From Candidatus Thorarchaeota archaeon (GTDB taxonomy: Archaea; Asgardarchaeota; Heimdallarchaeia; Hodarchaeales; Hodarchaeaceae), in the NCBI GenBank assembly GCA_048882505.1, contig JBHLRO010000003.1, positions 90,001-122,000 of the forward strand: DNA of 32,000 nt, read 5' to 3'. The notes below the pieces were generated by a model. It was given only the letters and a program-made list of their open reading frames with translations. It searched no databases and was not told the origin of the DNA. How positions within the stretch are numbered: position 1 is the first letter of the stretch; each line of letters begins with the position of its first letter. Shown piece by piece: positions 17,169-26,200 of the stretch. The translations under genes were made by a program, and so were the position numbers.

Positions 17169-17413
17169 TTTTTTCAATCCTAATAATGATAGAACCTCTT
17201 CCTAGTTATTTCCACCAATTTTAAACTAGATATCCAACTCATATTTTACATATAGGCATGTATATTCCCTCCTTCCTCATTTTTATGGCTATGCGTTTTG
17301 ATTGTATCCCAGTTATATTACCTAATAGCCCCCGTATATTAGTCTAAAGTTCTTTTAATCCCCGTAATGGTAAACTAGCCTTATTTTCGTACCTTTGTAT
17401 CTTGTCGTTCAGC

Positions 17414-18877
17414 TTAATCGGCATTAGAGACAGGAATCGAAATAGAATCGGTTATAATAGACAGTTCCTCGTGAGAAATCCCGACTGACAGTAGAAATTC
17501 ATGAATTCCTCCCTGAGTATCTATAAAATCTAAAAGCGAGCGAATGAAGATAGAATCCATCTCTGGAGCAGAAACCAAATAATCTAAAATAATATTTACT
17601 TCCTCTGATCCGAGAAGGAGGTGTAAAAGAGCGATAATTATTCCAGTTCGATCCTTCCCGCCGTAGCAATGAATAATCAAGGGATAATTTTCCGGATTCG
17701 CCAGTATAGCAAATAAATCCCTAATTTGGCCCTTTCGGTTTTCCAAAACCCAAATATAGAGATCCTCGAGGGCAATATCAACCCCTGATTCAAGGTTAGG
17801 CCCATCTTCGTCCAAACCAACTCCAGGAATGAGGGGGATTTGGTAGTATCGTACCTTCGATATGAAATCCTTAGAATATGGACGCTTTTGAATTTCAAGA
17901 TTTGTCTGAAGATTGATTATCGTCTTTATTCCAATTTTATCTATCCATTCAATGAAATATGGATCGTCGATATAGTTATGTAACGTTGCAGAGCGAAAAA
18001 TCATATTTTTGCGAATTTTGGTAGGATTAAAACGAGCCAAATCGCGAAGATTCCAAAAGTAATCTCTTCGATATATTTTATCACAAAAAGACTTGATTTT
18101 ATCTACACTTAACCTTAGGTCGAGCCTCCCTTCAGCCTCAATTAGAATCCTGTCAAATACATGCTTCAACCTTAATTTTGCTTCATTCATATCTTTGAGA
18201 CGGATGCTACCTCCCAAATACCTGAATAGTATTTGTTCATCTCTTGAAAGGTAGCTGGTTGCGAAAAAATCAGGAGGACGTGTGAATTCAGTTTTTTCAT
18301 CATTTCGCAGAGTAGAAATAAGTTCTACGAGCCCTTGAAGAGCCAAACCATAGTAATAATAGGCTTGGTACCCATCGCTGATCCTGTGGGCATTGGAAAA
18401 GGCCTCGAATGCAAAAAGGAAATCCTGTACTTTATCGTATATCATATCTTCCTCTGATTCTAATCCAGGCCTCCATTCCATCAAGATGTCGGTCAAACTG
18501 CCATCCTGATCATACAGGATATATGTACTCGATGTTATAGATTCCTCAAAGCTTTTAAGATCAGTAGTATATTTTAATTCTAGTTTTAAATACTCTTCCC
18601 CAAGGTAGAGAACAACACGTAATGGATTCTTGTATTCCAGTTGAAATGTTATGTGAGGATTGATTTTATCAAGAATAGCAGAATTAATGTCTGGAATATT
18701 TGCCGAATCCTTTGTGATAAGGATCAGCCCCGTAGAAAGCCCCATGTTTACACCAACATAGTCAGGAGCCTTTGTTAATGCCAAACCTGAGATTTGGGGA
18801 TCCTTCTTGGCACTGTAAACAAGAATTTCCAAAACTGGATTTAATATGGTTGAGGGATAAAGCTTGTGATCCAACAT
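17414..18877 (-). CDS. Tyrosine-protein phosphatase (Y_phosphatase3/IphP-like) fused to an N-terminal degenerate nucleotidyltransferase-like region
   Basis: FWNLRDL, IFRSATL, TIINLQ, P-loop IHCYGGKDRTG (CX5R), ILDYLVS. The N-terminal ~270 aa resembles an ANT(6)/LinB-type NTase plus helical domain but lacks the catalytic motifs. Confidence 0.8.
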   Translation of the reverse strand: MLDHKLYPSTILNPVLEILVYSAKKDPQISGLALTKAPDYVGVNMGLSTGLILITKDSANIPDINSAILDKINPHITFQLEYKNPLRVVLYLGEEYLKLELKYTTDLKSFEESITSSTYILYDQDGSLTDILMEWRPGLESEEDMIYDKVQDFLFAFEAFSNAHRISDGYQAYYYYGLALQGLVELISTLRNDEKTEFTRPPDFFATSYLSRDEQILFRYLGGSIRLKDMNEAKLRLKHVFDRILIEAEGRLDLRLSVDKIKSFCDKIYRRDYFWNLRDLARFNPTKIRKNMIFRSATLHNYIDDPYFIEWIDKIGIKTIINLQTNLEIQKRPYSKDFISKVRYYQIPLIPGVGLDEDGPNLESGVDIALEDLYIWVLENRKGQIRDLFAILANPENYPLIIHCYGGKDRTGIIIALLHLLLGSEEVNIILDYLVSAPEMDSIFIRSLLDFIDTQGGIHEFLLSVGISHEELSIITDSISIPVSNAD

Positions 18878-18931
18878 TGTTCCTAACCTCTAAAATGATA
18901 CACCTAAAACGATCCACGGTTTAAGAGCATT

Positions 18932-20059
18932 CTATTCTCCTGGAAAGTTACCTAATGCAGTTTCGTTTGCTGCACGAGCAACAAACGGGATAATCGTACC
19001 CAATGCTCCAAAACGTTGATCTTGGGTTTGTTTATTAACGAAACGTATATAGATCTGAGCAATAATCACAGTAAGACGAAACAGACCGAGTGTATGGTAA
19101 AATTGGACATTGCTTACAGCTATCCCGCTTTTCGCTTCATACCTTTCGATTAACTCTTGACGAGATGGCCACCCGATACTTTCGTGGGTCGGCATCGTTG
19201 ATAAGACCTGAAGGTAAGGAGGATCAGTGGGATCAGTCCAATAGGTAAGTAGCGCACCTAGATCGGACAAAGGGTCCCCAAGAGTGCACATATCCCAATC
19301 AAAAATTGCAACTATCTGTCCAGAGCTATCAACCATGACATTGTCAAGTTTAAAATCATTGTGGACAAGGGAAAAATGCTCAGTCTTCGGGATGTTCTTC
19401 CTTAACCAATTATAAACTTGATCAACATCTTCATTGTCTTCGGTTTTCGCCCTATGCCATCTTCGATACCATCCTTCCACTTGGCGCTTGATAAAGCCCT
19501 CAGGCCGCCCTAACTCCGATAATCCCAAACGTTCGTAGTCTACGTTATGGAATTCGACCAAACGATCAACTAATTGATTGCTGATCTCGGTAGCAAGTTT
19601 TGGTGAAGGAGTTAATCCTTTGGGAAACGATCTACGGATAACAAAGCCCTTTTTCCGCTCCATTATAAAAAACGGGGCACCTATGATTGACAGATCTTCA
19701 CAAAACATGTAGGCCTTAGGAGCATAAGGAAATGCCTTATGTAGCACAGAAAGCACTGTATATTCCCGATTCATATCGTGCGCCGATTTCGCTACTGGGC
19801 CGAGGGGAGGACGACGTAGAACATATTCCTTACCTTCAAAGTCAAGGAGATATGTCAAATTTGCTGCCCCACCCCAAAACTGTCTTACCGTTAAAGATGA
19901 TTTCGTACCAGGGAGTTTATCAATGAGGTAACGAGCAAGAGATTTTGTATCAAAGGTTTCGTCATCACGGACAGAAATAGTATCATTTTCCGTTCGCTCA
20001 TCGGGAATCACGTTAAATATACCACCGATTTGGCTGAACGAGGTCGGGCTAGCAATCAA
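18932..20059 (-). CDS. APH-family phosphotransferase (ACAD10/11 kinase domain / LvaA-like)
   Basis: GGAANLTY, YVLRRPP, AHDMNREY, FFIME, VHNDFKLDN, FDWD, GDPLSDLG. TTG start overlaps the ACAD stop (TTGA). Confidence 0.92.
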   Translation of the reverse strand: MIASPTSFSQIGGIFNVIPDERTENDTISVRDDETFDTKSLARYLIDKLPGTKSSLTVRQFWGGAANLTYLLDFEGKEYVLRRPPLGPVAKSAHDMNREYTVLSVLHKAFPYAPKAYMFCEDLSIIGAPFFIMERKKGFVIRRSFPKGLTPSPKLATEISNQLVDRLVEFHNVDYERLGLSELGRPEGFIKRQVEGWYRRWHRAKTEDNEDVDQVYNWLRKNIPKTEHFSLVHNDFKLDNVMVDSSGQIVAIFDWDMCTLGDPLSDLGALLTYWTDPTDPPYLQVLSTMPTHESIGWPSRQELIERYEAKSGIAVSNVQFYHTLGLFRLTVIIAQIYIRFVNKQTQDQRFGALGTIIPFVARAANETALGNFPGE

Positions 20060-21240
20060 GATTCGTATTGGCTTAAAATTCGCTTTGCAACCGAAAATTT
20101 GTGCACCTCGTCGGGGCCATCATAAATACGAGCACCCCTTTCGAGGGCATACCAAAGCCCAAGGGGAGTCTGATTGGTCATCCCCAGTGCCCCATGGACT
20201 TGAATTGCCCGATCCAAGACCCTTTGAAGAGTATTGGCCACAAAGAACTTGATCAGCGAAATATCAATACGGGCTGCGTAAACGCCTTCAGCATCAATCT
20301 TATGGGCCGTATCCAGAACCAATAAACGAGCAGCGTTTATTTCTGCCCTGCTTTCTGCAATCCAATTACGGATAGTCTGCTGGATAGCCAAAGTTCGTCC
20401 TGGCGCAACTTCCCTGTCAACTGCTCTACGACACATCAGGTCAAAAGCCCTTTCACATATGCCAAGCCATCGCATACAATGATGGATACGTCCTGGGCCC
20501 AAGCGTTGTTGGGCTATTACGAAACCCATTCCTTCATCACCCAGTCGATATTTTTGTGGAACCCTACAATTATCGTATTTTATCTCTCCGTGACTGGCCC
20601 AAGCTTCTCCAACATGACCCATTACGGGAATGTTTCTAACCAAGTTGAATCCTGGCGTATCTGTTGGAACAATGATTTGGCTTGCCTTAAAATGACGTTT
20701 TTCCTGTTCAGGGTTTGTAACCGCCATTACAATTGCAAAAGCTGCCCCGTCGGCTGATGAAGTAAACCATTTGTGACCATTGATGACATAATCTTCCCCG
20801 TCTTTTTCAGCAGTTGTCTCGATCCAGGTAGGATTTGACCCTGGGCAATCTGGTTCTACAATTGAAAAACAGCTTCTAATATTTCCGCTTAATAATGGCA
20901 TTAGGTACTTCTCTTTCTGCTCATCAGTACCGTATTCAATAAGGATTTCCATATTGCCTGCATCAGGCGCCTGACAGTTGAATAAATAATGGCCCCAGGG
21001 TGATCTTCCTAATTCCTCGCTTAAAATCCCGTGTTCAAGTAATGTCAGACCCAATCCGCCATACTTTTTTGGGATTTGAGGTAGCCATAAACCCAGGCCT
21101 TTAACCTCTTTTCTCAGGTTGTTAAGAGTCGGAAGCATTTCCCGAAACGATTTTCCTGCAAATTGGGCTTCTAACGGTATAGCTTTCTTTGTTATAAATT
21201 CACCTACTTCCTCCAAAATTGATTGGAATTTCTGTGACAT
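20056..21240 (-). CDS. Acyl-CoA dehydrogenase, ACAD10/11 (FadE2/LvaC-like) subfamily
   Basis: FNCQAPDAGNME, RSCFS..EP, INGHKWFTS, QQRLGPGRIHHCMR, QVHGALG, RIYDGPDEVH. ATG 21240 preferred over 21279. Confidence 0.93.
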   Translation of the reverse strand: MSQKFQSILEEVGEFITKKAIPLEAQFAGKSFREMLPTLNNLRKEVKGLGLWLPQIPKKYGGLGLTLLEHGILSEELGRSPWGHYLFNCQAPDAGNMEILIEYGTDEQKEKYLMPLLSGNIRSCFSIVEPDCPGSNPTWIETTAEKDGEDYVINGHKWFTSSADGAAFAIVMAVTNPEQEKRHFKASQIIVPTDTPGFNLVRNIPVMGHVGEAWASHGEIKYDNCRVPQKYRLGDEGMGFVIAQQRLGPGRIHHCMRWLGICERAFDLMCRRAVDREVAPGRTLAIQQTIRNWIAESRAEINAARLLVLDTAHKIDAEGVYAARIDISLIKFFVANTLQRVLDRAIQVHGALGMTNQTPLGLWYALERGARIYDGPDEVHKFSVAKRILSQYES

Positions 21241-21588
21241 CGTTAGATTAAGTATACTCGTGATCATGTTCAGAATCACCTGGATTATAGGAGAAGAAGG
21301 AGGATTATGAACCTTATGCTAGTTCCGTTAGATCAGAATGGCCATTTATTTCACCTAGCAAAACGATAGCACCCTTATTTATCAACTCAGATTTCCTGCT
21401 GAACCTGTTTTATGACAATAGGCGAAGGGGATTTCAATTTCTTAAAATTTAATTGGAGGATAATAGTAGCATGGAACCAGGCAGATAGCTTCATAATTTC
21501 GCCCATTACTGGCTTTGGTCGGGTTTTCCTAAAATGCCCGATCGGTCTGGATAAAAAGCGAATCATTATTGTAGGATCAGGTGGTTAC

Positions 21589-21933
21589 ATGTCGAAAATT
21601 GACGCGTTCAATCGATACCGAGACAAAATGAACGAGATCATACTGGAAAAATCAAATCTTGAGATCAAGCGGTTCTTCAATCTAGATACTCGTACTTATT
21701 ATGATGGTGCTCTCTCAGCCAAGACAAAGGAACTTCTTGGCCTTGTTGCGTCCATGGTTCTGCGTTGCAATGACTGTATTACGTACCATATACTCCAATG
21801 CCGACAGCTTGGTACAACAGAAGCCGAATTTTATGAAGCATTCACAGTTGCTCTTGTTGTGGGCGGATCCATCGTTATTCCCCATCTGAGAAAGGCGGTG
21901 GAGATGTTGGAAGAGGCACTAGAGACATCCTAA
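21589..21933 (+). CDS. Carboxymuconolactone decarboxylase/AhpD-family protein
   Basis: GALSAKTKELLGLVASMVLRCNDCITYH (CxxC...H). SD-like GGTGG before ATG 21589. The upstream extension to 21412 is probably spurious. Confidence 0.9.
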   Translation: MSKIDAFNRYRDKMNEIILEKSNLEIKRFFNLDTRTYYDGALSAKTKELLGLVASMVLRCNDCITYHILQCRQLGTTEAEFYEAFTVALVVGGSIVIPHLRKAVEMLEEALETS

Positions 21934-21959
21934 GGCGAACACTCGTCCATTCCCAATTT

Positions 21960-22787
21960 TTACAGTTTTATCGTCTCTGAACTTCCGGTTTCTGCTATCG
22001 ACTTATTTCCTTCAACCCTGAAAAACAGTCTATTACGTGTACCAAATGACACCTTTTTCTTTATATAATTGTAATCATTGGTTTTAAGGCGATCCTCCAC
22101 CTCAATAAAGATCTTAGTATTTAAAAGTTGAAAATAAATGTCAGGAAAGGCGGTGTACGATGATCCCTCTTCCAGAAGTTTTATCAAGAATTCGAATCCT
22201 TTTTTTCCGCCCACCAATTCTGTTTTTTGACCTCTAAACCCTTTTATACTTTGTAGTTTGTTCTGATAGTACTGTTCATCATACTGAGGGGGATTACAGA
22301 CTACAGCATCGAATTGTGAGATTGATTTGAACACATTGATCAAGATTTGATTTGGGTTTTCCACATACCGAAGGGAAATTCGGTTTTGCAAGGAATTGCA
22401 GACAATGTTCTCTCTCGCTGATAAATATGCGGTCTTACTACATTCTGTCCCCACCACCTTACATCCCATAGCGGCAAACATTAATGCCAATATCGCTGAT
22501 GCTCCTGTTCCTACTTCCAACACTTTTTTGGCATGGTATTGAAGAATCCATTCCACAAATGCCCAACGATTGCAGACTGTGGGGACCAAAAACTCTTTTG
22601 GAAGAGTGAATTCTAGATTCAAAAAGTCCCTGAATATTGCCTGATTGTATAATAACAAAGTTTCTGGATCTCCCAGGTCAATATGGCCACTCTTACTTAA
22701 TGTTTTTTTCTTTAATTCTGGCAAAATGTTTAGGAAATCCTTGATTTGAAGTCCACATCGTTTTTGCGGAATTGGATAGGAGGCCAT
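21960..22787 (-). CDS. RlmF/METTL16-family RNA adenine-N6 methyltransferase
   Basis: IDLGDP...LVPTVCNRWAFVEWI, SAM motif LEVGTGASAI, CNPPQY, ELVGG..G. ATG 22787 preferred over 22850. Confidence 0.8.
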   Translation of the reverse strand: MASYPIPQKRCGLQIKDFLNILPELKKKTLSKSGHIDLGDPETLLLYNQAIFRDFLNLEFTLPKEFLVPTVCNRWAFVEWILQYHAKKVLEVGTGASAILALMFAAMGCKVVGTECSKTAYLSARENIVCNSLQNRISLRYVENPNQILINVFKSISQFDAVVCNPPQYDEQYYQNKLQSIKGFRGQKTELVGGKKGFEFLIKLLEEGSSYTAFPDIYFQLLNTKIFIEVEDRLKTNDYNYIKKKVSFGTRNRLFFRVEGNKSIAETGSSETIKL

Positions 22788-23213
22788 GGCATTCACTTCA
22801 ATAAGCGGATTTGTCAATATCAGCGGTAGAGAATATGGTTTATGCTGCAAATCTTTTATAATTTTGGAGAAGTTGAGAGCAAATAAGTATTCATTGTGGG
22901 GGAGATTCCATAACCTATGGAATCAAACGCCTAGGGGTTGCCATTACGGGTTAAAATCTTGTTTAATCACGCCCCTTCAAAATAATCATTGAGTCACATA
23001 AAGGTTTTCATTGACTCATCCAAGATTGTTATGGGATTACTCTCAGAATTATTAATTAGGCAATGTTTGGTGAATAAACTCGCTGTTTTCGATCTTATCA
23101 AGTAAAAAAGATATTTATATTTATTGGCAGTAGTCTCCCAACAATAAAAAACAGGGAATTAGCTAAATTCGAAAAAATCATATCAACTCTAATGTATTTG
23201 GTGTTTATCCTTC

Positions 23214-23225
23214 TCGATATATCGA
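23214..23225. promoter_or_regulatory. Perfect 12-bp palindrome TCGATATATCGA upstream of protein B
   Basis: Self-complementary, about 40 nt before the start. Function unproven. Confidence 0.3.
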
Positions 23226-23267
23226 CCATTACAAAGAAGTAAGGTATAGCAGGTATGAAGAACCTTG

Positions 23268-26200
23268 ATGGAGAAAGCAAGGGGTGAGGAGAAGAACCTC
23301 AATTGGATTAAAGCCGCCATTCTTTATGGCCAAGCGAAAGAAGAGTATTTGAAGGATGAAGAGGTGGAATTAGCAGCTAACGCCTGTTACAGACAAGGAT
23401 ATACTTATACCAGATGTGCGGAAACGGCAGGAGGGGCCAATGAATTTGAAGAACATTTTCAGTCTTCTATTGAATCATATAATGAAGCTGCAGATCTTTT
23501 TTCTTGGATAGATGCTTTGCCAGAAAAATGGGCATGCTTGGCAGAATCTGCGTTTTCTGCTGCTTTTATTAGTAAATCAATTCCTGAAATGCTAGAAGCA
23601 TTTGAGAATGCCTACGAACTTTTCTTAGAGGCAAATAAAGGGTATTCAATAAGGAACGATACCAAACACTATATTCGGACTTATGTTCGTGCTGCAATGA
23701 CGCTCTCAAATCTTATCCCTTACAGAAACAACCCAGATGAAATTAATCGTGTACGTCAAGAAGGTAGAGAGATAATCGACAAAATTTGGAACATTGCAAT
23801 AGAACAGAGAGATGCCTTTTCACTTTCACAATCTCTCTTTGCTGACCATCTTTTGAAGTATTATGAGTGGTTTATAGGATTATCAAAAAAGGACCATTAT
23901 TGGAAAAGAAGCGAGGAAGAAACTATCAACAAACTTGAAGAAGCGATTCCAATCATTGAGGCGAATGATAATCCTACGTACCTTGAAATGAGCTATCACG
24001 TCGCAGGTTTGACTAACAATACATATGGATTTCAGTTTGTAGAAAACGATAAAGAACAGAACAAATTTGCGGAACTAGGGTTCAGTTATTTTAGGAGGGC
24101 CGAATCACTGAATAAAAAAACCAAGAATAAATTGCTTAATACCTTAACAACAGCCTGGACCGATTGGTGGGCATTATTCTGGGGTAGAGTCGAGTATCTA
24201 CAAAATCGAATTCAGGACGATCTCGCAGCTTTAGAAAACAATGCAAAAATAATGTATCAGTCCTTTACTAACTTCAATTTTTATGCAAATTTCTTACCTA
24301 CGTTTGCTTATGCGAATTTTGCTCAGAGGAGCTTTTTTTCTAGTTCTCAAAGACGTCAGTTTGCGGAAATGGCAAATAAATATGCCTTAGAATGTTTACG
24401 GATAATTCCCTCTTCCCCAATATCTTTATGGCCCCTACAAATGCAAACGTGGGCATATTCCCAGTTGACTATATTGGCTTCAGATGCACCAGAGCGGCAA
24501 ATGAATGCCCGAATTATGCTTCAGTACGCGGAACGTGGGGAAAATTTCGCGAAAAACTATGAAGGAGGATTTGCCAGAGCCTCGGCTTTCTCTTCTCTTT
24601 ATCGGTGTTACAAAACTTTGGCAGAAATTTCTAAAGATGAGGAATATCGAATTGAATACCTCACTAAGGCAATAGATGCAATGGAGAAATATGCGGATTA
24701 CGCTCTTGAATCACGGGTGGGAGTTATTAATGCACAATTTCGAATAGGACTTTTATATGGGGAACTGTATGAAATAACAGGTCAATCAAACCTTTTAAAG
24801 AAGTTAAGGGACCTATTTCAAAGCATATTAAATGACTGTAACGAGAGGGGATATTTTTCTTACTCAGCTGCCGCTTCAGAGAACTTAGCTCATATAGAGG
24901 ATAAACTGGGTAATTTCAATCTTTCTACGGATTATTATGTTCGAGCCAGAGAAAAACATACCCAATCTTTAGAAAAAATTGAATATAGACCATTAAGGGA
25001 AAAAATCGTCGAGAAAATCAACTATACTAATGCATGGGCATTAATTGAGAGTGCTAAAACGCATCATAAAAGAGAAGATCAACAAAAAGCGGAAGCGGAA
25101 TATTTAACGGCCTCTAAAATTCTCATAAATCTGCCTGACCATTCCTATGAAGCACCATACTTCGAAGCTCTAGCTTTGCAAGAAAAAGCCGAATATCTAA
25201 GTTCGAAAGAAAACTATCAGAATTCTCAATCAGAGTTTCTAAAAGGTCAAATGGCTTTTACAAATGCGTTGAATGCTTTTAATCAAGCTATAAAGGATAT
25301 TGACAACAACAAAGAGCGAGATCGCATTAACAAGATGATTTCCCTTACCAATCTTGGGATTAGTTACTGTTCTGCCCGTTCCTCTATTGATAATGCCCAA
25401 ATTCTCTGGAAAAAAGGAGATCTTATCCCAGCTGCAGAGCAAATGAAATCAGCGGCTTCCCTGTTCAAGGAAACGCCAATAAGCTCTGAAACTAGGAGAG
25501 AACAACGGAAATTTAATGCCTTTAATTATTTATGTCAGGCATGGGAGAATATGATAACTGCAGAGAAGTACGCGGATTCTGAAAAGTACCAAAGTGCCTC
25601 AGGATTATTTAAAAGCGCTAACGACCTGCTACTAGACAGTAGGATAAAATTCTTGGCTTCAGGCAATGCATTTTTTTGTCAAAGTTTAGCAAATGGATGT
25701 AAATTTGACGAATCAAATGATCTCAAGATTAAAGAAGAATTGTTCATTGAAATCAAGTCCCTCCTAAGAAACGCCGCCATACTATATCAAAAAGGAGATT
25801 TCATTACCGCTTCAGGTTGGGTTTTAGCTACGTCCACTTACTTCGATGCCACCTGGCACCTAATTAAGGCAGATAAAGAAATCGAATTGGATAAGAAACA
25901 AACTCTATTGAGGATAGGATCGAGCTACCTAAAGTCTGCAGCTGGACTTTTCAGAAAACACGGTTTCGTTGAAAAAGAGAATGAAGTTCAGACTCGTATC
26001 TCTATGGTTGAAAAAGAAGAGCAAATCTTGGTTACCGCGATTAACACTATCAAAGAACCTTCAATCTCTAGAAGCACAAAAAGCATGAGTTCTTCAACCA
26101 ATCTTGGAGTTTCAAGCTTGCCGTCAGGGATGAGCGAAATCCGAAAGTTTACAGAAGAAGCGAGAAGGGTTTCAATCCTAAGAGAATACCAATTAATCTA

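Noticed and set aside
21308-21370. SD-preceded mini-ORF MNLMLVPLDQNGHLFHLAKR
   Set aside because: Only 20 codons with no recognisable leader-peptide features. Likely chance in a divergent promoter region.
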